Assembly: GCA_027623675.1 (NCBI GenBank)
Contig: JAQBVF010000006.1
Span: forward strand, 59,919 to 123,918
Source of the DNA: Chloroflexota bacterium
Lineage (GTDB): Bacteria > Chloroflexota > Dehalococcoidia > Lucifugimonadales > UBA3495
DNA: 64,000 bases
Reading direction: 5' to 3'
Below the pieces are notes generated by a model. That model did no database searches. It saw only the letters and a list, made by a program, of their open reading frames with translations, and was not told the origin of the DNA. Below, in pieces: positions 37,678-46,514 of the stretch (position 1 is its first letter; each line of letters starts with the position of its first letter). The translations under genes and the position numbers were made by a program.

Positions 37678-40272
37678 GTGACGCCGATCCGCCGTCAATA
37701 TCAAAAGATCAAAAGCGCCCATCCGGATGCGATCTTGCTATTCAGGATGGGCGATTTTTACGAGACCTTCGACGACGACGCCGTGCTCGCCGCCAAGGAA
37801 TTGGAGATCACCCTCACCTCTCGCAGCATGGGCAAGGGCGACCGCGTGCCCCTTGCCGGGGTGCCGGTCCACGCTCTGGACAACTACCTGGCCCGGCTGA
37901 TCAAGAAAGGCCACAAGGTCGCCATCTGCGAACAGCTATCCGACCCGGCCACCTCCAAGGGGCTGGTCGACCGTGACGTGGTCCGCATCGTCACTCCCGG
38001 CACCATCCTAGAGTCCGCGCTCCTAGACCAAAAGACCAACAACTACCTGGCCGCCGTTTCCGAACACAATGGTATGGCCGGCCTGGCTTACGTGGATATC
38101 ACCACCGGAGAGTTCCTGGCCACCGAATTGGCCTCCGGCAGTCTTCCTCTGGAATTGGAACGCATCGACGCTGCCGAGGTGCTGGTCCCAGACACAGGCG
38201 GTCCCCCGGTGTGGGCCGATGGATGGAACGGCGGCGGAGGATCCAGTTACGAGTTGACCACGGTGGATTCCAGGGATTTCCGGCCCGACCAGGCGCGGCA
38301 GGCCCTGCTGGCTCACTTCGGCATCCTCACCCTGGAGTCGTTCGGCTGCGAGGGGATGGAACTGGCCGTATCCGCCGCCGGGGCCATCGTGGAATACCTG
38401 GCCCGGACGCAGAAGGCCGCCAAACTCCAGCTCGCCAACCTCAGTATCTACTCCACCGGCACGTTCATGGCCCTGGACACCCAGACCCGCCGCAATCTGG
38501 AACTATTCTCGGCGGGACGCAATGACAGCAAACAACTGTCCCTGCTGGCCGCGTTGGACCGGACCAAAACCCCCATGGGAGGCCGGTTGCTCCGGCAGTG
38601 GCTGGGCCAACCTCTGCTGGACCTGCCGGAGTTGGAACAACGTCTGGATGCGGTCGACCACTTCTACCTGGACGGCTTGAAACGGGCGTCGGCTATAACC
38701 TCGCTGGGCAAAGTATCGGACCTTGAGCGCATCGTCGGCCGTATCGTGTCGGGAACGGTGGCCCCCAGAGAATTGATCGCACTGAAAGACGGCTTGAGTT
38801 CCGTGCCCAGCCTTCGGGAAATGCTGGACAGCCCCGGTCTCGACTGGCTCCGCGCCCAATTAACCCCGCTCCCAGACGTCTGCTCGCTCATTGAAGAATC
38901 CATCGCGCCGGACCCGGTGGGCGCCGTGGGCGACGGCAACGTGATCAGACCGGGCTTTGCGCCGGAGATGGACGACCTCAAGAGCGCTTCAACCAACGCC
39001 CGCCAGTTCATCGCCGGACTGGAGCAGCGGGAACGGGAGCGCACCGACATCAAGGGCCTTAAGGTGGGCTATAACCAGGTCTTCGGCTATTACATCGAGG
39101 TCAGCAAGGTCAACGTAGACAAGGTGCCGGACGACTACATCCGCCGGCAGACGCTGACCAACGCCGAACGTTACATCGTGCCCGAACTGAAGGAGTACGA
39201 AGCGCTGGTGCTGAACGCCCGGGAGCGGCTGGAGGAGGCCGAGCGGGCGGTATACCACCGGGTGTGCGCCCAACTGGCCGAGTACGCCGCCGTAATCTCG
39301 CGGGCCGCCGCCGCCATCGCCAGGGTCGACGTGTTCGCCGGGCTGGCCGACGCCGCGGTGGAGAGCGGCTACGTGCGGCCAAAGCTCAACCTGGGAGACG
39401 CCATCACCGTCACCAACGGCCGCCATCCGGTGGTCGAGCGGGTGCTGGACGCCGGGGGCTACGTGCCCAACGACATCGACCTTTCCAATGAAGGCGCCAG
39501 GGTGATGGTTATCACGGGGCCTAACATGGCCGGCAAGTCGACCTACATCCGCCAGGTGGCCATCATCACGCTGATGGCCCAGATCGGCAGCTTTGTGCCG
39601 GCGTCAGAAGCCACCATCGGGTTGGTGGACCGCATCTTCACCAGGGTCGGCTTGCAGGACGACCTGGCCACCGGGCAGTCCACTTTCATGGTCGAGATGG
39701 TTGAGACCGCGGCCATCTTGAACCAGGCCACGCCGCGGTCGCTGGTGATACTGGATGAGATCGGCCGCGGCACCAGCACCTACGACGGGTTGTCCATCGC
39801 CCGCTCGGTGATCGAGCATATCCACAATGACCCCCGGCTGGGCTGCAAGACCCTGTTCGCCACCCACTACCACGAACTGACGAAGCTGGCGTCGACTCTC
39901 CCCGGCGTCCGCAACCACAGCGTGGCGGTGACCGAGGAGGGCAACAACGTGGTCTTCCTGCACAAGATCGTGCCGGGCGGCGCGGACAAGAGCTACGGCG
40001 TGCACGTGGCCCAACTGGCCGGCCTGCCGCAGGGAGTGGTCAACCGGGCCTGGGAGGTGCTGGCGGAACTGGAAACCGAGAGCGCCGGCAGCGCGGCGAG
40101 GAACAAGAAGAGTGCCCGGACCAACGGACAGCCGGCACAGCAAATGGCCTTCTTCGGCGGCGGCGACAAGCTGCAAACGCTGCTTAAAGAACTGGACATC
40201 CCCAACCTCACGCCGCTGGAGGCTATCAACAAGCTCTACGAACTTCAGAAGCAGGCTTCGGAGGGTGGCTGA
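37678..40272 (+). CDS. mutS: DNA mismatch repair protein MutS
   Basis: TPIRRQY, FRMGDFYETF, TGPNMAGKSTY, STFMVEM, DEIGRGTST, FATHYHEL, SYGVHVA. GTG start at 37678 chosen by homology. Confidence 0.97.
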   Translation: MTPIRRQYQKIKSAHPDAILLFRMGDFYETFDDDAVLAAKELEITLTSRSMGKGDRVPLAGVPVHALDNYLARLIKKGHKVAICEQLSDPATSKGLVDRDVVRIVTPGTILESALLDQKTNNYLAAVSEHNGMAGLAYVDITTGEFLATELASGSLPLELERIDAAEVLVPDTGGPPVWADGWNGGGGSSYELTTVDSRDFRPDQARQALLAHFGILTLESFGCEGMELAVSAAGAIVEYLARTQKAAKLQLANLSIYSTGTFMALDTQTRRNLELFSAGRNDSKQLSLLAALDRTKTPMGGRLLRQWLGQPLLDLPELEQRLDAVDHFYLDGLKRASAITSLGKVSDLERIVGRIVSGTVAPRELIALKDGLSSVPSLREMLDSPGLDWLRAQLTPLPDVCSLIEESIAPDPVGAVGDGNVIRPGFAPEMDDLKSASTNARQFIAGLEQRERERTDIKGLKVGYNQVFGYYIEVSKVNVDKVPDDYIRRQTLTNAERYIVPELKEYEALVLNARERLEEAERAVYHRVCAQLAEYAAVISRAAAAIARVDVFAGLADAAVESGYVRPKLNLGDAITVTNGRHPVVERVLDAGGYVPNDIDLSNEGARVMVITGPNMAGKSTYIRQVAIITLMAQIGSFVPASEATIGLVDRIFTRVGLQDDLATGQSTFMVEMVETAAILNQATPRSLVILDEIGRGTSTYDGLSIARSVIEHIHNDPRLGCKTLFATHYHELTKLASTLPGVRNHSVAVTEEGNNVVFLHKIVPGGADKSYGVHVAQLAGLPQGVVNRAWEVLAELETESAGSAARNKKSARTNGQPAQQMAFFGGGDKLQTLLKELDIPNLTPLEAINKLYELQKQASEGG

Positions 40273-40424
40273 TCCTTTGGGCCGACCCTTATTCCAGCCT
40301 GTGCCGGGGCTGCAATCTGGGCCACCCCTTTCCTCAGGCCAGCCACGGGTATAGAATACGCCGGGGATTTTAAAAGTCAGTTCCATCCAAGAATGATGGT
40401 CATCCCCGGTACCCGGAGGTCATT

Positions 40425-40784
40425 TTGAGCCAGACCGTCGAATTCTACTGGTGGCCCCGTTGATCGTCCTGCCGGAAAGTGAGAGAGTTGCTCTTACAGG
40501 AAGGACTGGAGGTTACGGATAGGGACTTCTTCAAGGACACGTTTAGCGAGGTTGAGATCAGGGAGTTGGCCGCCATCGGTGGCACGGAGAACATCTTCGC
40601 CCGGCGCAGTCCAAGTTTGAAGAAGATTGGCATGGCCGACACGGAACTTTCGGATGATGATATGGTTAAACTGATGTTGCAAGAACCAAAGTTGGTGCGC
40701 CGTCCCCTGATCAAGGTCGGCGGTAAACTGATCGTTGGCAGTGGCAACGCCGCAGTCGCGGAAGCCATAGCCGAGGCTGGCTAA
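40425..40784 (+). CDS. ArsC/Spx-family selenoprotein (Sec at TGA 40461-40463; UxxC)
   Basis: GGAGG SD then TTG 40425: MSQTVEFYWWPR-U-SSCRKVRELL...RDFFK...EPKLVRRPLI, in frame with ORF 40479..40784. Confidence 0.88.
40467..40501 (+). promoter_or_regulatory. Candidate bacterial SECIS element
   Basis: TCCT-gccggaaa-GTGAGAG-AGTTG-CTCTTAC-AGGA starting 3 nt after the TGA. Confidence 0.7.
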
Positions 40785-40793
40785 CCGGGCGGC

Positions 40794-40832
40794 GAAAGAA
40801 CGATAGGAAAGAACGATAAGAAAGAACGATAA
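40794..40832. repeat. 13-nt tandem repeat x3
   Basis: gaaagaacgatag / gaaagaacgataa / gaaagaacgataa. Confidence 0.85.
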
Positions 40833-40970
40833 GTTGACATAAATTGGTTTTCCAGCCGACGGAATTTCATAGTATCTGCCCGGCGGCTGGGCTATAATCT
40901 GCAACCGTAATAACCTACCTTCAAGATGAGCCTAACGAAAATCTAACTAAAGAGAGCCCGATATCCGGCT

Positions 40971-41408
40971 ATGAATATCTTCTTCGACGTGGACTACACC
41001 ATCCTTGGGTTGGACAACAGCCTGAGGCCAGACACCAAGGAAACTTTCCAGGCACTGCTGGACGAAAATCACAAGATCTATATCTGGTCCGGGATGGGTG
41101 AGCGGTGGGAAGTTATCAACAAATTCGAATTGAACGAATTCGTGAGCGGCGTCTACGAGAAACCGACCCACCATTTTCACGAGCGGTTGGAAGAGCTGGG
41201 CGTGCCGTTCGAGCCCGACTTTGTCATCGACGACTATCCGGAAGTGGTCGCGGCGTTCGGCGGCGTTTGGGTCCCTCCCTACTTCTTCAAACGGTCGGTG
41301 GACAAGGAGATGCAGCGCATCTACCGTATCGTTTGCGACTTCGCCGCCATGGGTTCATCGGAAGACAAGCAATACCGCAAGAAAGGGACAGTCGTACCCC
41401 TCTTTTAA
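40971..41408 (+). CDS. Small HAD-superfamily-like protein
   Basis: FFDVDYTI (DxD motif I), IWSG (motif II), K, FVIDD (motif IV). Confidence 0.75.
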   Translation: MNIFFDVDYTILGLDNSLRPDTKETFQALLDENHKIYIWSGMGERWEVINKFELNEFVSGVYEKPTHHFHERLEELGVPFEPDFVIDDYPEVVAAFGGVWVPPYFFKRSVDKEMQRIYRIVCDFAAMGSSEDKQYRKKGTVVPLF

Positions 41409-41456
41409 GCGCCCGGCTGCCTGGATACCCAACCAACGCCGGGTTAGGCCTGCACC

Positions 41457-43196
41457 ATGCCCATTAGAGTTCTTGCTCCGGATCTGGCCGCCAAGATCGC
41501 GGCCGGTGAGGTGGTCGAACGTCCCGCGTCGGTGGTCAAAGAACTGGTTGAGAACTCGATCGACGCCGGCGCCAGCCATATCACCGTGGAGATTAAGGCC
41601 GGCGGCGTGGAGCAGATCAAGGTCATCGACGACGGCCATGGCATCCCTCCTCAAGAAGTTGCCATCGCCTTCCAGCGTCACGCCACCAGCAAGATCGCCA
41701 GTCAGGAGCAGCTGGACGCTATCGCAACGATGGGCTTCCGTGGTGAGGCCCTTCCCAGCATAGCCGCCGTCTCCCGCACCGCCATAACCACCCGGCAGCC
41801 CTTGGAACCGGGCGGCTTCCGGTTGGAACTCCTCTGGGGCGAGCCGCAGTCGTCCGGCGCGCACGGTTGTCCTCCGGGGACTGCCGTTGAGGTGCTGGAC
41901 CTTTTTGGAAACCTGCCCGCCCGGCGCAAATTCCTGCGGTCATCCTCGGCGGAAACCTCACGGATCCAAGAACTGGTCAGCCGGTACGCCCTGGCCTTTC
42001 CGGCGGTGCGCTTCCAGTTGATCGTCGACGGCAAGACGTCATTCACCAGTCCCGGCAACGGCGTGCCCAGGGAGGCGCTCCTGGCGGTTTACGGACCCCA
42101 GGCGGCCACGGGCATGCTTGAGGTCCACGGCGAAGACCCGGATAGCGGCTACCAGGTGGACGGTTTCGCCGGCGCGCCCAGCCTGACCCGCGCGAACCGT
42201 TCTTATATGACCTTCTTCGTCAATCGGCGTTGGGTGCAGAGCCGCATGCTGTCTTATGCGGTGGAAGAAGCCTACATGGGCCTGCTCCAGGTGAAACGCT
42301 ACCCGTTGTCGGCGCTGAACATCAGCATGCCCTACGAAGAAGTGGACGTTAACGCCCACCCTTCCAAGAAAGAGGTGCGTTTCAGGGAGGAGAACCGGGT
42401 GTTCTCCACGGTGCAGCGGGCCGTGAGGGCGGTTTTGGTGGCCGATTCCCCGGTCCCGTTCCTGGCATCCCCCAACTCGGAGATAGAGTACGCCTCGGCA
42501 ATCCCGTCGTCCTTCTTCCCCAGGAGCGCCTTTGGCGGCACGCGGAACAGCGGCGGCGCGCCCGGACCGGCCAGCCCAGAATATCCAGGAGGAGCGCCAC
42601 CCGACGCGGCCGCCACCCAGCGGTCCGCGCCGCCACTAAAAGTTGTCGGCCAACTCAAGCTCACCTACATCGTGGCGGAGAGTCCGGAGGGCATGTTCTT
42701 GGTGGACCAGCATGCCGCCCACGAAAGGGTGCTGTTCGACCGCATCTCCCAGAAGATGTCGGAGCAGGCGGCCCAATCACAACCTCTGCTGGCGCCGGTG
42801 CCCGTGGAACTGTCGCCGGCCCAGGGTGAAACGCTGCGGAGCAACCGGGAGTCGCTGGAAAGTTACGGCTTCCAGTTGGAGCCCTTCGGCGACGGCAGCT
42901 ATCTGCTCCGGGCGGTGCCGGCCATCTTTGGCGAGGGCGACCCGGCCAAAGCGCTGCTAGACGTGTTGGACATGACGGCCTTCGAGGGCTTGGTGCGGCA
43001 GAAAGAAGATGTGACTGCGGCGTCGATCGCCTGTCACGGGGCGATCAGGGCGGGGAAGTCTCTAACGGAGCAGGAGATGACGGCGCTGCTGGAGCAACTG
43101 GAAGCCACGCCCAACCCCCATACCTGCCCCCACGGCCGGCCCACCATGGTGCATTTCAGTTCGCTGCACATGGAGCGGGAGTTCGGCCGCCGCTAA
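41457..43196 (+). CDS. mutL: DNA mismatch repair endonuclease MutL
   Basis: IAAGEVVERPASVVKELVENSIDAG, HATSK, GFRGEAL, DQHAAHER, ACH, CPHGRP. Confidence 0.97.
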   Translation: MPIRVLAPDLAAKIAAGEVVERPASVVKELVENSIDAGASHITVEIKAGGVEQIKVIDDGHGIPPQEVAIAFQRHATSKIASQEQLDAIATMGFRGEALPSIAAVSRTAITTRQPLEPGGFRLELLWGEPQSSGAHGCPPGTAVEVLDLFGNLPARRKFLRSSSAETSRIQELVSRYALAFPAVRFQLIVDGKTSFTSPGNGVPREALLAVYGPQAATGMLEVHGEDPDSGYQVDGFAGAPSLTRANRSYMTFFVNRRWVQSRMLSYAVEEAYMGLLQVKRYPLSALNISMPYEEVDVNAHPSKKEVRFREENRVFSTVQRAVRAVLVADSPVPFLASPNSEIEYASAIPSSFFPRSAFGGTRNSGGAPGPASPEYPGGAPPDAAATQRSAPPLKVVGQLKLTYIVAESPEGMFLVDQHAAHERVLFDRISQKMSEQAAQSQPLLAPVPVELSPAQGETLRSNRESLESYGFQLEPFGDGSYLLRAVPAIFGEGDPAKALLDVLDMTAFEGLVRQKEDVTAASIACHGAIRAGKSLTEQEMTALLEQLEATPNPHTCPHGRPTMVHFSSLHMEREFGRR

Positions 43197-43314
43197 CCGC
43201 ATCCTCGACCGGTCCATCCCGCTGCGGCGGGGGCTGAGTTGTGGAGGAAGAGACGCCAGGCTAAATGGTGTTAGGCCGTGGCATACGATCTAGTGCCAGC
43301 CTTGTCCCAAAACG

Positions 43315-43489
43315 GTCATTCTGACGAGTGAAGCGAGGAAGAATCTGCCGAATATCAACTTGTCAGACCTCCCTCGTGTTGTCCCGAGTCCTCCAGAATC
43401 GTTCCGATGAAGATTGGAAGAGTCTCATTGTTCGCATTGGCCGGTCTTGGAGTTACGAGATGCCTCGCAGCTTCTCTCCTCAGAATGGC
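43315..43489. repeat. REP/MITE-like palindromic element, copy 1
   Basis: Begins GTCATTCTGACGAGTGAAGCGAGGAAGAATC and ends with the imperfect inverted arm ...TCAGAATGGC. Confidence 0.65.
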
Positions 43490-43547
43490 TCTCTGTTCGA
43501 AAACAAGTGAGAGGGCATTGTTAGGCGGAAAATGCCTCGCCTACAGC

Positions 43548-43772
43548 CTAGCTGCGGCGGGGGTCTTTGGTGGGGTCGGAGGCGGGGTGGAAGATGGATG
43601 TCTCGTCGGGGAAGCTCTGGTACGTGGTCTTGATCTCGTCGTTCTTGGAGCGGCCCAGCATGCCGAGCGGTACGCCGATGACAGCCAAAGCAGCGGCGCC
43701 CAAGCCCATCTTGGCTAGGAAGCTGCGGCGTGTCTGGCCTGATTTCTCTTCGGGTTCGATCTGGTTGGCCAA
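43548..43772 (-). CDS. Small protein with twin-arginine (Tat) signal-like N-terminus
   Basis: GAGGAG SD, TTG start, TRRSFLAKMGLGAAALAVIG; candidate promoter TTGCAA-16 nt-TACAAT at 43873-43900. Confidence 0.75.
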   Translation of the reverse strand: MANQIEPEEKSGQTRRSFLAKMGLGAAALAVIGVPLGMLGRSKNDEIKTTYQSFPDETSIFHPASDPTKDPRRS

Positions 43773-43953
43773 GGTATTCTCCTCTGGGAAGCCCTCGCGA
43801 GGGCCCGTGTTCAGCGTGGGTTTGGCCTGGGTTCAGCCACAGTAAAACCGGGTTTGAACCGGCGCCAGGTAGATTGTACAAGACGGCAGGGGATTTGCAA
43901 CACCGCCCCGAGTCCGGATTAGACGATATTGTCTCTTCCTGCCCGGCGTCCGG

Positions 43954-45309
43954 CTACGGCGTTCCGGCGTCGTCCATCACCATACGGGCCACCAGATTGC
44001 CCATGCGCACCGAGTAGTTGGTGCCCCGGTCCTCGGGATAAATCTGGGTGGTGTTGGCCAGATAGAGGCCCTTGAGCGGCGTGCGGTGATCGGGTATCCC
44101 CTGCGCGTAACCGACACCCACGATTGGCTGGGCGCCGTCGACCCGGTGGTGATGATGTTCGATCACCCACGACCGGTCGAAGTCCGGGTTGATCTTCCGC
44201 AGGTGCGGCACGAACAGGTCCATCAACTCATCGGCCGGCATCTTGTATAGGCTGCTGTCCCGGCTGGGGTAATTGCTGATGTAGAGGATGTGCTTCCCGC
44301 CGTACAACTTCGGGTCAATCAGGTTGGTGTGCTCAATCAGGGCCACGAAGGGCATGTCCGGATCGGCGATGTTCAGCCAGTATTTGTTGGTGAAAGGCCG
44401 GTCCAACACCAGCACCATCAGCACGGCGGACAGGTAATCGATCCCCTCCAACTTGTCCTGGTATTCCTTGGGCATGGCCGGCGCCAGCCTGGTGAACACG
44501 TAGGACGGCGTGGTGGCGATGATCGCGTCGTATTCCCGACGCTCGGTCTCAGAACCGGCAAGCTGCACTTCGAGAGTGGTGGCCCGTCCGCCCGTCTCCA
44601 CGATCCGGTTCACCGTGGCCGAGGTATGCACCACACCACCCTGCCCGGCGATCTTGTCCGCCACGACGTCGATCACCTCGCCGAAGCTGCCCATGGGGTA
44701 GCCCAGCCGCTCCCGGCCCCCGCCCTTGCCTCGGGAGGCCACGCGCAGGTTTATCTTGCCCCAGATCCAGGTCATGCTGATCTTGTCGTAGAACGCCCCG
44801 AATTTGCCCCGGAGCAGCGGCTCCCAGACGACTTCATAGGCCCGCCGACCCATGCGGCGGGTCAGCCAGTCCTTGGCCGTGATGTTCTCGAACTTCCGGT
44901 AATTCCGGGTTTTCTGCAGTATCAGGGTCCAGAAGCCGACGGTGAGGCGGTCCCGCAGGGAGATGGGCTTGAACCGCAGCAGGTCCAGCGGCGTGGCGAA
45001 ATCCCATATCTTGCCAGCGCCGCCGGAATCGGTCCCGCCCTGGTCTTTCAGGTAGAACCCAACGCTGGACTCCAACCAGGCCAATTGGCCGCCCAGGCCG
45101 ATCTCGTGGATCAGATCGGTGATGTCGGTGTCGCTGACGAACAGGTGGTGGTAGCCCCGCTCCAGCCGGCCGCCAAAGACATCGAAGGTCGATGCCTGAC
45201 CGCCCAGGAACGGCGCCTGCTCGAAAACCTCCGCGGTATGCCCGGTCTTGGTCAACTGGTAGGCCGCGGCCAGTCCGGCAACGCCGCCGCCGATTATTCC
45301 GACGTGCAT
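43954..45309 (-). CDS. FAD-dependent oxidoreductase (amine oxidase / HemY-like family)
   Basis: IIGGGVAGLAAA, FEQAPFLGG, ERGYHHLF, AQPI, QIYPEDRGTNYSV. Confidence 0.88.
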   Translation of the reverse strand: MHVGIIGGGVAGLAAAYQLTKTGHTAEVFEQAPFLGGQASTFDVFGGRLERGYHHLFVSDTDITDLIHEIGLGGQLAWLESSVGFYLKDQGGTDSGGAGKIWDFATPLDLLRFKPISLRDRLTVGFWTLILQKTRNYRKFENITAKDWLTRRMGRRAYEVVWEPLLRGKFGAFYDKISMTWIWGKINLRVASRGKGGGRERLGYPMGSFGEVIDVVADKIAGQGGVVHTSATVNRIVETGGRATTLEVQLAGSETERREYDAIIATTPSYVFTRLAPAMPKEYQDKLEGIDYLSAVLMVLVLDRPFTNKYWLNIADPDMPFVALIEHTNLIDPKLYGGKHILYISNYPSRDSSLYKMPADELMDLFVPHLRKINPDFDRSWVIEHHHHRVDGAQPIVGVGYAQGIPDHRTPLKGLYLANTTQIYPEDRGTNYSVRMGNLVARMVMDDAGTP

Positions 45310-46391
45310 CAGCGGCCCTCAGCCGGGGACTCACCGGCCAGCCCAGGGGATGTTTGGGGGCGGCGGCCGGTGGTCATCTCGCGCAGTGATAGGTTTTTGG
45401 TCCAGAGCAGCGCCAGGCCTACGATGTTGACTGGAAGCCATAGCGCAATCAGGTGGACGAATCCGCTGTAGGCCACGGCCAGCGACGCCCCCACCCCCAG
45501 AGCCAACAGGGTTTGCTGGGCCACGATCTCGAAGGGTCCGATGCCGCCGATGGCGCTGGGCACGGAGGTCGCCAGATTGGAGGTGGCGGTCAATAGCAAT
45601 GCCACCAATATCAGAACGCCCACCGAACCGAAATACTCGTCGATGCCGAAGGAGTAGGCCAGCATGAAGTACATGGAGGCTTCCAGCAGCCAGACGGGGA
45701 GGGAGTAGATGAAGAGGCCCAGGTGCTTGGAAGGAGAGTTCAAAACAGCCAGTCCGGCCACAAAGGTGCGGAACAGGCCAACTAACTTGGGCCGGGGTCC
45801 CGCCGGGACGATCGTCAGCAGGCCCTCCAGGCGGTTGGCGAAGGACGCTGAACTGCCCAGTAGGGTGAACACCGTCAGGAAGATGGTAAAAGCCGCGATG
45901 ATGGCGGCGGAAAAGATGACGCCGGTCCTGCGGGAGACGTCGGCTGCGCCGTCGAACTCTCCCAACAGCAGCAACCAAGGACCGGCCAGCGCGGCGAAGG
46001 CCAGCAGGGTGATGCCGTCGTAGACCCGTTCCACGGCGATGGTGGCCAGGGCCGAGCTGGTGTTCAAGTTCTCCTGCTTGGCCAGGTAGTAGGACCGCAC
46101 CACCTCTCCCAGCCGGACCGGCAGCAGGTTGTTGGCCATGTAGCCGATGACCACCACTGGATAGAGGCGCACCACGGGGACGGCGCATATGGGCCTTAAC
46201 AGATATTGCCAGCGCGCCGCGCGGAACAGCACGGCGACGAAATAGACGGCGATGGACGGCGCCAGCAGCCAGTAGTTGGCGTCCCGAAGGGCGTTCTTGA
46301 GTTCTCCCAGGTCCACCTGGTAGAGCAGTATGAGCAGCAGGCCCAGGCTGACGCTTCCGCCCAACCAGAACTGCCACTTATTGGTGATCAA
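45309..46391 (-). CDS. Lysylphosphatidylglycerol synthase TM-domain (flippase-like) protein
   Basis: RAARWQYLL, GYMANNLLPVRLGEVVR, ERVYD, PSAIGGIGPFE; multiple TM helices. Confidence 0.88.
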   Translation of the reverse strand: MITNKWQFWLGGSVSLGLLLILLYQVDLGELKNALRDANYWLLAPSIAVYFVAVLFRAARWQYLLRPICAVPVVRLYPVVVIGYMANNLLPVRLGEVVRSYYLAKQENLNTSSALATIAVERVYDGITLLAFAALAGPWLLLLGEFDGAADVSRRTGVIFSAAIIAAFTIFLTVFTLLGSSASFANRLEGLLTIVPAGPRPKLVGLFRTFVAGLAVLNSPSKHLGLFIYSLPVWLLEASMYFMLAYSFGIDEYFGSVGVLILVALLLTATSNLATSVPSAIGGIGPFEIVAQQTLLALGVGASLAVAYSGFVHLIALWLPVNIVGLALLWTKNLSLREMTTGRRPQTSPGLAGESPAEGR

Positions 46392-46514
46392 TTGGCCTGG
46401 TCCTCTTAACCAAACTTAGGGTTGTCCGAACTCCGGCCCAGACCGGCCGGGGGGCTGGTCTCAGTATAACTGGGGCCGCCAACGCGAACCAATCACCGGC
46501 CCGGACCCTGGTCC

